Shown piece after piece: positions 22,030 to 33,425 of a DNA stretch of 64,000 nucleotides. The translations under genes and the position numbers were made by a program. Source of the DNA: an uncultured virus (IMG/VR IMGVR_UViG_3300050821_002105) (lineage: Duplodnaviria; Heunggongvirae; Uroviricota; Caudoviricetes); IMG/VR virus record IMGVR_UViG_3300050821_002105. One strand, given 5' to 3'. The notes beneath the pieces were generated by a model. That model worked only from the letters and a program-made list of their open reading frames with translations. It searched no databases and was not told the origin of the DNA. Within the stretch, counting starts at the first letter, position 1, and each line of letters starts with the position of its first letter.

Positions 22030-24111
22030 GGACAGAAAAGGAGCAACCCTATATGAGCATCGTAGAGCTAGAGCAGGACGGTAACGAATTTCGTCTGGTC
22101 AATCCTGACGACTTGCCTATTAAGTTGCGGGAAATGATTACACAGAATAATGTGCGGCACGTTAGCGACGACTTTACGGCTGGGATTATCTCTGGTCGGA
22201 TCGAAGCATTTAGCTATGTGCTGGAACTATTGGGAGAGGAAGAATGACCATGCGAGGGAACTGGGATGCTAACCCAGATGGAAGCATCGACCCAGACGAC
22301 GAAACGGAACGGGACGGAATCGCAGTAAAGAATCTGGTGGTTGGGGATATTGTGGACGTTTCTGCTGATCCTCACTATCTCGCTGGGCCGTGGCCGCGGG
22401 TGACTTTGCAGGAGGTTATCGGCATAACGGACGTAGTTCATTCAGCGGAATTGCGTTATGTATATTACGCTACCGGTTCTGCTGTAGTCACCTACCCGAT
22501 GAACTACGAGACAGGGCGGCTTAGTGATTACGACTGGGACAACACACTAACACCGGAGCAGCGGGAAAGGTTGGACCCGACGACGTGCTAACTCTAAGAG
22601 AGAGACTAGAGCAGGCCAATATAGAAAGGGAAACGAAAAATGGTAGAGCTTGAATTGACGCAAGACGAGTTGGAGACAGTGCTAATGGCGCTGGGTAACC
22701 GTATTGACTACTGTGACGAGGCTGGAAAGCCCTATGAGCAGTCCACTACGCCATTCTGGCACGGCCAGCGTGACGAGGCTAAGACTCTCTCTGACCGGCT
22801 GGAAGGCGACTATCGGGCGCTGGTGACAGCATGAGTCGCTACGCTGTCACGGACGACGGTGGAGGGTTTACGGTGCGTGACACGGTAGAGCATCGTTTCA
22901 TTGCACACTACCCGCAGCGTGCTATCGCTGAAACGCTGGCTGACTCCTTGGAGCAGCTAGAAAATTCTTTGGCGAATGTTCCGAAAAGACTTGACAGGCG
23001 AACCGAAATCGTTTAAGGTTCTTATCAGAGCCGGAACTACCGGACAGGAAAGGAAAAGATGAACGCAAACCAGGACAAGATCGACACGCTAAAGGGGATT
23101 CTTGACGACCTTGGCGCCTTTGCTCTGGCTGAGATTAAGGCTATCGAGGTTCGTGGGACCGCCACCAACGGCGATCAGATTGCCATTGACGCTCTGACTG
23201 AGGCTGGTATGAACATCTTCCTTGCTATCGCCACCTATGGCGTCATGGGCGAGCCTGACGAGGGCGCAGAGCGCGAGGTTGACGAGAACGACCCGAACAA
23301 GGATTTCTAACGTTCGCGACAGGGTGAGGCTGGGAACAAATGCCTGTAAGTCCTCACCCTGTCACCCGATACAAGAAAGGAAAAACAAAATGGTAACCAC
23401 TACGCAAGCAGCGCGAGCGTGGAACGGTGTTGACGCTTACATTGCTGGTCTGCTGGGTCATGCGGTCGATGAAAACGACGGCAATATTGCCAATGACCTG
23501 CATACCCTGGCGCAATTTATTTATGAGGCTGACGTTCTTGACGTGGCCGCTGGCCTAGCCAACATCGGATAAGGGAGATAACGTTATGAAAGAAAACTGG
23601 ATGGATGACGTAATTCCGGCAGCTATAAATGCGGCAGACGATTATGCCTTCTCTTTGGGCCGACTGAGGTATGACGTGCAAAGGGGAGATAGGTCGATTA
23701 TCGGAGCAATCATGGAGGCCTTTGCTATGGGCTATGAGCTAGGAGACTTCTATACGTTGCACGCGGAGGAACAGATTGCCGCCGAACGTCGGCCGCGGAT
23801 AGTGAGGTATCGTGAGCGACCTTAAAGAATGTCCTTGCGGGGAACTGTTTAGTGATTACGAAGAATGGCAACATCTAGACGGCACAAACAGAATGGAGTG
23901 CTTGTCTCAGATGGTAGATAGCAAGACAGAAGACAGGCGAATGAGAGACTTTGAGAGCCTGTCAGACGATGACCTAACGGACTTACAAATTGCTGTTAGG
24001 TTAGCCGAAGGGGCTTATGGTCCTCACTCGTTCGGAGCGTACAACATGCACATACTGTTAAACAGATTGGTGGATGAAGCGCACGCTAGAGAGCAGAGTT
24101 TTGGCAGCAGT

Positions 24112-24199
24112 TTGGCTCAGATTCATACACACTAGCTGGCTTGAATTCATACAGACCTATGTTCACGATTTTACGCAAAATTGGCTTGAATTCATACAC
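24112..24199 (+). repeat. Repeat triplet TTGGC(TCAG/TTGA)ATTCATAC, module 2
   Basis: Copies at 24112, 24136 and 24181; same variant order as module 1. Confidence 0.85.
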
Positions 24200-24878
24200 A
24201 CCCGCATGGTCCCAAACGGTCGTTCGTTGGGGTGGTCCTTGACCTACCTCAACCTCTGCATCCTCAGTATCTGAGTCCTCAGTATCTGACTGTGCAACTA
24301 TCGACCGTTCGGTCCAAAAACTACCGTGCGGCTATACGGAACTTTCGTTCCGTTTCTCCCCTTGCATCATCGCGCCGCGGACCCCGGTTGTCTGCCTGGC
24401 AATTCTGCCAACATTTATGTACCGACCGGTACAGTGTGCCCGCTTGAAAACTTGCGAGTTTTAGTTGTCAATATGCTCGCGATAGTTAGCAACGGGCTGG
24501 CACCGAAACTTAAGGTCACCCGAATATTTGGATACCCTAACTTTCTAGGGTGCCTGCCGCGGCCAGAGTGGCCGCGTGTCGGCCCTGGTCGGACGGTTCG
24601 CCGCGCCAGAATGGGCCGGATTTTGGGCCGAAACACTGGTTGCTGACTGAAAAACAGTACCCTTGCAACCGTTCTGCCACCATTTGGCAACCGTTTGGCA
24701 ACCAAAAAGGCCATTCGCTGCCCTGGTAGCGCGGCCAGGTTGCCACGAGAGGCCCCTGATTCTCGTTCTCTGCCACGCTAAGGCCCTGACAACGTGAGAG
24801 TGTTCCGCGGACCATTCAGGGCTTTAGAACGGAAACCAGTGCTATAAACCCCTATTGCACAAACATACGTTCGCCCTT

Positions 24879-25057
24879 CTGACCAGGGAAAAGGTCTTTG
24901 ACCAGGGATTATGTAGTTCGCGCTGGCACTACACAGTTAGATAGTCTCACTCTAGGCACAAAATGGCACGTTATCCCTGGTCAGTAGCTTATTTGCGAAA
25001 TAGGCGAAATTTCTTTTACCCTCCTGACCTGGCACTATGTAAGTTATCCCTGGTCAG
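24879..25057. repeat. TGACCAGGG motif cluster, left
   Basis: Direct and inverted copies at 24879, 24898, 24975, 25024 and 25048. Confidence 0.75.
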
Positions 25058-25369
25058 AGCGTTGCAAACAGAATTGCGAACATATCTGGCAGACAGTAGG
25101 TTCACTGGTGCAGGAGGTCAGGCACGGGTAACTTGAATCGGCCTGGCGGGTAAATCCCCTGGTTAACGTTGCCGTTTGATGCGCGTGATGGGGTAGCCCA
25201 CTAGTCAGGGGTAACCGTAGGGACAACCCCACCGCGCCGAGTACCGGCCCGGTTACCCTGTTCTAGTGATACTTGCAAATCCTCGCGGCCAGGAAAAAAT
25301 AGGGCCGAATCTTTTTTCTTATTCGACTACTAACGCAATTACTCACAACTACTGAAAGGAAAACCCAAA

Positions 25370-26644
25370 ATGCTTATTCGTCATAACGTGCGCGATTCTG
25401 CCCGTAATGGTGGCGGAACATGGGCGCATGATTCGGAGCAAATCGACGTTAATGGCGTTTACGTTTCTGGTTCTCAGGAGCGTTTCATAACGTCCGAAAC
25501 GCGCCGCTGCCCGGCGACTGACACGAACGGCAACGTTTGCAACGGTTACGGAAAACTAGTGAAGCTTCGCGACGGTTTGGCGCGTGCTGACCACCCCATC
25601 GGGTCAGTCATGCAGCCTGAACATTTGGCGCGCCCGCTCTACCGTGAAACGGTAGTTCGCGAGAATGTCGAAACGATCATTCCCGACGAAATCGACGTTC
25701 CGCCGACACCCGTTGCACCGGTAACGTCCGACGTTCCCGCCGATATGGCGCCCGTTTGGGACGCTCTGAAAATTGGTCAGGGTATCGACGCGGCCGTTAG
25801 TGGCGCGGTGGGAAACTTGCGCGACGAAATGGCCGCGGAAATGCAGAAGATGGTTGACGGAATTTCGGTTCCGACAACATGGGAAATTGTCAGGCATGAC
25901 GTTCCCACCGTTACCATTTCCGGCGCACACTACGCTTTCGCTGAGTGTCTGAATTGGTTGTCCGCACTTGACGCTAAGGGACGCCCGCGGAACTTGTACC
26001 TCGTAGGCCCTGCCGGATGCGGCAAAACCTCTTTGGCTGAGGATTTGGCCGCGGCGCTAGGGCGCGAATTTCGCTTTACTGGTCAGGTTCTCTCAGAGCA
26101 TCAAGTCATGGGCTTTGTCGATGCAGCCGGGAACTATCACACAACGCCATTTCGCGACGCTTTCGAGAATGGCGGGCTTTGGTTGGGAGATGAATTCGAC
26201 TCCTGGTCACCCGAAGCTGCCCTGGCAATGAACGCGGCCCTTGCTAATGGCGTGGCGACGTTTCCCGACTCACCTATTCCCGTAAAGCGTCACGCTGACA
26301 CTTTGCTTATCGTGGCCGCGAACACTTACGGGAATGGCGCGGACCGGCAATACGTTGGCCGGAACGTTATGGATAAGGCCAGCCTGTCGCGTTTCGTTGC
26401 CGTGCCGTTGGATTATGACTCGGCAATAGAAACGGCTATCGCTGGTTCGCACACCGACGCGCTGAGCGTTGTGCGTAAGGTCCGCGAGAACGCGGCACGG
26501 CTACAGTCCACCATCATTGCCGGAACACGCGAGTTGGAACATATCGTCGCCTGGTTGAATTCTGGTCACGATATGGCAACGGCGGTCAACCGTGTTTTGC
26601 GTCAAGATTTGTCCGACGCTGAGTGGCAGAAAGTGAGTGCGTGA
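25370..26644 (+). CDS. MoxR/CbbQ-type AAA+ ATPase
   Basis: GPAGCGKT, GGLWLGDEFD, AANTYGNGADRQYVGRNVMDKA.LSRF. Confidence 0.85.
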   Translation: MLIRHNVRDSARNGGGTWAHDSEQIDVNGVYVSGSQERFITSETRRCPATDTNGNVCNGYGKLVKLRDGLARADHPIGSVMQPEHLARPLYRETVVRENVETIIPDEIDVPPTPVAPVTSDVPADMAPVWDALKIGQGIDAAVSGAVGNLRDEMAAEMQKMVDGISVPTTWEIVRHDVPTVTISGAHYAFAECLNWLSALDAKGRPRNLYLVGPAGCGKTSLAEDLAAALGREFRFTGQVLSEHQVMGFVDAAGNYHTTPFRDAFENGGLWLGDEFDSWSPEAALAMNAALANGVATFPDSPIPVKRHADTLLIVAANTYGNGADRQYVGRNVMDKASLSRFVAVPLDYDSAIETAIAGSHTDALSVVRKVRENAARLQSTIIAGTRELEHIVAWLNSGHDMATAVNRVLRQDLSDAEWQKVSA

Positions 26645-27503
26645 GATGGTTACTTATTACAGTGACTTTCCCGACATTGACTCAGTGTTAGCCCTACTGG
26701 CGCAAGATGCGCCCGCAGGGTCAGGCCATGAATCTCGCAAGGACCGGCAAACGGAAGAGTGGGATTTGTCCACCGGGTATGCGGGCGCCATTGCCGCATA
26801 CACCGGTGGCTGGTCCGAGGGTGCTCAGAAAGTCTACGAATTGGCAGAAACGATAAGGCCGCCGCGGCCCCTTGCAACGCGGACCGCGTTCCATTCGTCG
26901 GTGGCTGGTGCGTTTCCCAACGTAGGCGCATTTCTGGCGGGCAACCCAAAAAGCATGTACGCAGTGAGTAAGAAAACCGCGCAGGGCCGCCCGTTCGTTC
27001 ACCTTGCCATTCCCGTTGGGTTCGCGTGGTCGGTCAATGCAGAACACGCGTTTAACCGTGGTTGCGCGCTGGTTGCGCTAATCGACGCGCTAGAAACGGC
27101 AGGATGCCGCGTCAAGGTCACCGCGTTAATCGTGACTGACCGCGCTCCTGCTTCTGCGCATTTCGTGGCGCGTTTCGGTGTCAAGGATTACGGCGACCGT
27201 TTAGATGTTGACCAAATTATTTTCACGGTCGCCCATCCTGCATTTTTCCGCCGAATTGGGTTTGCCATTTTTGAACGCTCAGAACATGCGGCGGTCAGGG
27301 CAGAATCGACTCGCGGTTACGGGCTATTTGGCATGTCGGACGCGGCAGACGAAATCGCGATACCCGACGAACCCAACGTGACTACCGTGCGATTTCCGCG
27401 GCTAATGCCAGATGCGAAAGGAACTCCCGAAAAGTTCCTAGCTGAAATGGTGGCCGTGTTGCCTGAATCCCTGGCAGTCGAAATTGACGGGAGCAACCAG
27501 TGA
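26637..27503 (+). CDS. VWA-like partner of the AAA ATPase
   Basis: G..PNVGAFLAGNP..M, RG.A..ALID.LE..G.RV, HPAFFRR; coupled to the AAA gene. Confidence 0.6.
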   Translation: MREMVTYYSDFPDIDSVLALLAQDAPAGSGHESRKDRQTEEWDLSTGYAGAIAAYTGGWSEGAQKVYELAETIRPPRPLATRTAFHSSVAGAFPNVGAFLAGNPKSMYAVSKKTAQGRPFVHLAIPVGFAWSVNAEHAFNRGCALVALIDALETAGCRVKVTALIVTDRAPASAHFVARFGVKDYGDRLDVDQIIFTVAHPAFFRRIGFAIFERSEHAAVRAESTRGYGLFGMSDAADEIAIPDEPNVTTVRFPRLMPDAKGTPEKFLAEMVAVLPESLAVEIDGSNQ

Positions 27504-28513
27504 GCGAGGTAACGGTAACGGGTGAGCAGTCGGCGCCCGTTACCGTTCTCGCATCATCTGACCGGTGCATCATCTTGCACGCGCTAGCGACAGAAATTGA
27601 GAACCAGAAACACGAACAAACACGCGTTAAGTTTCAGGGGAACGCGTGGCATGGCAGGCAACACACAATCGACCAGTGCCAACGTCTCAGTGTGCAACTA
27701 GGCGCGGCTAGCTGGTCCCAAACAGAAAGTGAGAGAACCAGTGATTGAAGAGATAGTTACCTCCCCGGCTATCGGTTGCCGTGAGTGGCGGGACGCGTTC
27801 ATTCCCGCCATGTACCGCGGCGCCGCTGGGGAACTGAGAATGTCCACTAATGACCGCGGCTATCAGTCGTTCGCTTTTCGTCCGCGTTGCCAGGGTGGCT
27901 GGTGGACAGTCAAGCGTGACGATGTTTCATTTTTCTAACCAAACACACAAAACCAGAAAGGTAAAAACATGACTACCAATACCGTGAGCTTTGCCGATAT
28001 GGCCGAAGCCGCCGACCGGGCTGGTCGACGCGCCGAACGTCAAGGAGACAGGGAAATGGCCGCGTATGAATTTGGCCGCGCTAGTGCGTACCGTTTCGCG
28101 GCAGAAATGAGGGAAACCGCGGTGTATGAAGCGGGCCGCGCTAGCGCGGAAGCAGTGATCGCACTGGCGAGGTTGGCGGTATGACTACTCTTATCGGTTG
28201 GCTTGTCGGCCACCACCACCTAGCGTTTCTAGTGACTCCTGGCAGTGCTGGCAACGTGGCAAACATCATGCACCGCTACTGCCAGATACATCACCAGATG
28301 TTCGCGAACGCGGCCTACAAAACTGGTCACGTTCTCTATTGCTATCGGAAGGGGTAAACCGTGTCACCTGACTATTGCGAGAATTGCCCGTTATGCGAAC
28401 GCGAACGGAAACAGTCACCGCCAGTGCCAGAAATGGCAAAGCAAGAAAGACCAGAGTTGTCAAACGGTAAAAGCCCATTTGACTTTTTCCGACCCTAGTT
28501 TCAAACGTTAAAA

Positions 28514-28545
28514 GGTTCCGGGCCGAAATGGTCCGGGCCTTTTTT
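28514..28545 (+). terminator. Intrinsic terminator
   Basis: GGTTCCGGGCC-GAAAT-GGTCCGGGCC followed by a T run. Confidence 0.75.
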
Positions 28546-28684
28546 CGTGTCCCAAACCCTACTAATCCGGTAGAGAAACTCGAGATTCTGAGTCGGCCAG
28601 CCTGTCTAACGGTCGTTTGGTCAGCTAGCAGTGAACCTAGCTGGCACGGTTGACAGGGTGACCAGAGAACCAGGGACCGCAGGA

Positions 28685-29142
28685 CTGACCAGGGCCGAGA
28701 CTGACCTAGCCTAGAACTCCACCAGTACCCTCTAGAATCGTTTCTAAGGTAGGTCTAGCACCAATCTAGGGTAATTCACCCCACACCACTACTCCACTAG
28801 GGAAAACACTCTACACTGCCACCAGACACCGCTATATGGCTATCTAAGACAACGCACCACTACACCAGGCACAACTAGACCAGGCAACCAGGCTGACCAG
28901 GGACAGCACAACCAGGCTATGCAATAGTATGCAGAGCAGTGCATAAGTATGCAGTATAACTATGCAACACAGTGCATATATGCAGGTTACTACTGCGTTC
29001 ATCCTGGAGTTTGTCAGTCTCGCACGCTGACCAGGGATTACACGCTCTCTGCCGTGGTGGGGAGGTCGGGGGTATCTACCGTGCCAGGAGTACCAGCGGT
29101 GCGAACGTTACCCGGCGCGTGAGCGAAGCTGCCTGACCAGGG
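28685..29142 (+). repeat. CTGACCAGGG motif cluster, right
   Basis: Copies at 28685, 28893, 29027 and 29133. Confidence 0.75.
28920..28984. promoter_or_regulatory. Tandem ARG-box-like palindromes
   Basis: TGCAATAGTATGCA, TGCATAAGTATGCA, AGTATAACTATGCA, TGCATATATGCA. Confidence 0.55.
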
Positions 29143-29283
29143 AGTATGCACATAGCAGGGATTATGTACCTCGCATTGCAACGGTAGTAGCATTACACAC
29201 GCTAGTCGATTGTTTGAAAAGCGTAATATCAGCAGCACGACGGCGGTGTCCACACGCTCTATTTTCGACTTTCCCGTGCGGAA

Positions 29284-29328
29284 GAACAAGTGTTCACTCT
29301 TGACACAGGACTACTGTTCTGTTATACT
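29284..29328 (+). promoter_or_regulatory. SOS box plus SigA promoter
   Basis: GAACAAGTGTTC, TTGACA 29300, 17 bp spacer, TATACT 29323, ATG 6 nt later. Confidence 0.7.
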
Positions 29329-29334
29329 GGCTGC

Positions 29335-29763
29335 ATGTTGACTGCTATTGTTGTCGCCGGGGCTTCACTAGTCTTTCTGTTTTTCTACTCTACTATCGGG
29401 GTTGCTGCCCACAAGATAGCTCGGGAGAAATATACTAGGGTTCAACCGCCGTGGGGTTTAGGTTGTAGTGATTGTCAGAATGGTCAACATAGGGGTAGGG
29501 CTTGTTTCCACTGGGAAAGGAATCAAAAGTGGGAGCACTTGCAACGAGTGTTGTCATGGGGTTTGGCTGTCGCGTGGCCTCTCGTTTTGAGTGGACTAGT
29601 TGCTGCTAAGTGCGCTCTGTTTGCTGCTAGGGGGCCTAGAAGGCTTGGTGGAGCACTGGCTGATCAGGCATTAGGCCGAGAGCATCAAAGTCGAAAGAGT
29701 GCCCTTCAGCGGCTGTCTCCAGAGGAACTGCGGGCGCTGGAAATCGAGTGTGGGCTAACGTGA
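29335..29763 (+). CDS. Membrane protein
   Basis: Two hydrophobic segments; leaderless start. Confidence 0.55.
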   Translation: MLTAIVVAGASLVFLFFYSTIGVAAHKIAREKYTRVQPPWGLGCSDCQNGQHRGRACFHWERNQKWEHLQRVLSWGLAVAWPLVLSGLVAAKCALFAARGPRRLGGALADQALGREHQSRKSALQRLSPEELRALEIECGLT

Positions 29764-32700
29764 CTGAATACGATGAGTTCGTAGAAAAGTATTGTGATGG
29801 CAACACGCCCACTGCTGCTCAGGAGGCAGCAATACGATCCTGGTTGGATTATCCAGATGGACACCTAATCTGGCTCTCTGGCCGCGGCGGCGGGAAGTCC
29901 ACCTGTCTAAAGTGGCTGGCTAAGGCTGCTGACGACGCTCACCTATTGCCGCGGTTTGACAATATGAACCTTCCAAAGGCTTGACTTCTTGATGGGGATC
30001 TGCTAGAATGGCTACACAACGAAAGGAGCCAGATTGGCTATGAAAGAGAAGTACCTATACTATGGATACTCTGATGTGGAAGATCCGAGCGTTTTGGGTC
30101 TAGAGGATCAGGCTCATGCTTACCCCTCTCTAGCGGCGCTTCAGCGTGCCCTGAAGGGCGAGACTGGCATAAGCTGTTTCCGCCTGAAGGTGGAGGTTAC
30201 TGAAGCCGTTGAGATCGACAGGAAGGGCAAGGTGCTCTCCTAATGGCTACAGCATCCAAGCATAAGATAGAGATCAGTCCGGAGAGGATTGAAGTTATCC
30301 CGGCAGTTGTCGAAACGAGCTATCTTCTAGAGCTAAACCAGAAGGAAGCTGAAACCCTGCTCCATCTAGTGGGCATGATTTCTGGCACTTCAGATGCGAG
30401 GACGGCCACAAGCGCCATATACTACGCATTAGACGCTGCTGGGGTTTTCGATGAGCCATATCATCGCTCTCCCTATACAAAGAAAGCGCGCGCCTTAGCG
30501 GGTATTATGTTTAACTACCACGACGTGGGACTATAAGTGCTATCACAGCATGAGCTACAAGACAATCATGTTAGATTTCACGGATGGGATTGGAAGGGCC
30601 AACCGAATATTGAGCGCATGATGCAGGACCAACGTCATGGTTGTTTCATGTACCTAAATCAAGTCCCCGATTCCCGTAGCGACCAGTATGTGATATTTAT
30701 GAGTGACTTTCCACTAGATCCAGTGGAAGCCCAATACATCTACGACCGTTGGGATTGGCAATACGAGGAAGATCAAGGGAGGGCATAATGGACAAAGATC
30801 AAGAGTATCACCTACGGCAGCTTCAGAACGCCCGCAACGCCCTGGCGAAGTCTCTACCTGAGATTATCGGAATGCCCGGTAATGGGGTTGAGGCTCGCTA
30901 TGTGGCCGCTGTACAAGCCGAGTATGACTACCGTGAGCTACTAGGAGAAAGCGGCATTATGCGCGGCAAGCGGAAGTATCAGCGTCGATGAGAAACAAGA
31001 GAGCCATTGTTCATCTGACCTGGCACGCTACTGTGTTGTTGAATGTTACAGAAGATTTTGAACCGGACAACACTAAAATTGGCTACGGGTTAACACTCGG
31101 ACAGTTGGAGACCGCGTGGCGCAGGGCTGAAGAATCTCGGATGCAACAGTTCCATGATGGAATCGACATACACCGAGGAAGACTCGCGGTTTCTGGCTGG
31201 ACTAAGAACGAAAGGTATTATCCGGACTGATGGAACTAGAACTAGCATTAGACAAAGCTGAGGATCTGTTTCGAGCAGCCGAAGAGTGCCGGGACTGGCA
31301 TTGGGAGCAGCAACTCATGGCTAAAATCCCACAGGGACCACACACGCGTCCGAACATCTGTTCTAATGCGTGACGGAACCTATATAGTAGAAACCCCATA
31401 CCTCAACGCGTCCTTCACCATCTTAGAAGGCAAGATGATAGGTTGCGCTCCGATCCTTCGTAAAAAAATATCTTACTGGAAAACCCAAGCCCGATGGATC
31501 TGTGAAGTGACTGAAGCTGACTGCTTGACTTCTGAGTGAGGATATGGTAGGATGATCACATGGAAGGTATGACCAGTCTGACACCATCCGAAGCCATCGT
31601 GACGGCTATTCAGGTTAGCGGAAAGACGAAAGAGCAGGTGTCTGCTCTAACGTTCTTCCTATTCGGTAAGCACCGATTCTCTGAACTGACCGTGCCCCAG
31701 CAATGGACGCTAGTGTGCTGCGTTGAGCCATCATCAGATGGACCCTACGGATTTAGCATGAAGCCGTTCGATGACTGACAGAATTAAGATAATCACTTAT
31801 GGTCGCGGGCCGCAAGTGAGAAGTGCGCCGATCAGCGCGTTGCAAGTGGTGGTGGACCGCTTCGCTACTTCGCGATTCCGGGTGCTGTTTAATACGAAGC
31901 ATCGAGCGTTGATCTGGGCCTGGACACCGAAGTCTGAGCGTAAGTGAGGTTCTGGAAGCGCAAGTCGCGCTGCGAGAGAAAGGAAGCACCTGTGGCTAAA
32001 CAAGTGACGGTAACAAGGGACGTAGGGGTTAACGAACCACACAACTTCTTGCATCGACCCGTGGCCGAGGGCGAAGTGTTCTATAAGTGTGATCTTCCTA
32101 CCTATGGGTGCATCAACTATGATGGCGGGATTGCTTTGACCGAGCAACCGGGTGAATACCCATTCTTTGAGTTTCCCAGAGACGCCATAGAATGATAGCG
32201 TTGCTTCTCGCTAATAATAACCAAACGCTAGGCGAGTTGCAGGTCATCTTAATCTGCGTGGCTATTATTGTGTGTGTTGGTGGTACGCTGGGCTTTCTGT
32301 TGTTGCGCCGTGAAGTACCGCCATACTGGTATCCGCGCCCGCGCCGGGTTTTGAAGGATGATCGGGAGAAGGTCAAGATCTATAGGCTGCACAAGCGCCA
32401 TCCTGAGATCTTTGGTGCAGATCCGGCGACTCCGCATAAAGTGATAGAATATCCCCCCAAGAAGGTTGACACGCCGCCTCAGACCTGATATAATGATCCT
32501 ATGTTGAAAATCTATGGTTGTAGTGACGATCTGGTAGAACTAGAGGGAGATATTAACGACGAGTTCTACATGCCGACAAATGACTCAGCCTACCTGGGAC
32601 TTTCGAACGGCACGCTATTGAGCATAGTGTACGACGCCGATGGATTATGGCGTATTCGAGTCTTGGCTACTAGTGAAGATACGCAAGTAGGAGATATCAA

Positions 32701-33026
32701 GATTATCCCTGCACCACCAAACGACGACGACCAGTATTCGGATGTTGCGATTGTGGACGGCACCATTACATGGGTCGCATTCGGAAACGAGTGTGCCAAG
32801 CAGTGACTTACAACCTAGCTGAGATGTTAATCGCACAGAGGATGCGCGATATTCTATCCCGTGATGACAGGCGCAACTCTCGTTGGTGTGTGCCTAGGCT
32901 TTACCCTGGCGAGACTCGTCCAGTAACCAACTGGAGTCCCACCAGTCACTCATTCCTTCCCGGTCAAACGCGCTCAGAGAAGCGCAAGGGTGTGAAGCTA
33001 GCTCGTAGGGCTTACTTGGAATCGGT

Positions 33027-33425
33027 ATGGAAGACTCAGTAGGATACGACACCGAGCGCTATGACGCTGAGATCCGTTTAGATCGGGCGATGATCCCTGA
33101 ATACTCATCTGTCAATCTGGCGCAGTTTTTCGGATGTCATCCTCGTACCATGCGAAAAGCGGTCGCTAGTGGCAGGATTCCAGCCCCGGCCCTATTGGGA
33201 TGGGGGAATCGTCCTCATGTGTGGACCAAGGAACAAGTGATCACGATGATAGCAGAAGACAGCTATCCTAAGACGAAAGACAACTTGCCACACGCCAGAG
33301 AACACGGTACGGTAAAGGGAGCGTACCAACATCAGAGACGCCATGAGCCATCGTGTGAGCCTTGTCGTCTAGCCCTCTACGAGCGCAGACAGGAGAAGAG
33401 TGAACGCAGTAGAACTGTACGCTGA
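33027..33425 (+). CDS. HTH protein with HGT..Y..H...C..C Zn motif
   Basis: Excisionase-like HTH plus HGTVKGAYQH...CEPC. Confidence 0.55.
   Translation: MEDSVGYDTERYDAEIRLDRAMIPEYSSVNLAQFFGCHPRTMRKAVASGRIPAPALLGWGNRPHVWTKEQVITMIAEDSYPKTKDNLPHAREHGTVKGAYQHQRRHEPSCEPCRLALYERRQEKSERSRTVR

Noticed and set aside
17656..24199. Repeat triplets as mini-CRISPR arrays
   Set aside because: Only three short (about 17-19 bp) copies per locus, irregular spacing in module 2, no cas genes; operator-like sites fit better
24879..25057. dif site
   Set aside because: TTATGT half-matches only; no 28-bp XerC/XerD arm arrangement
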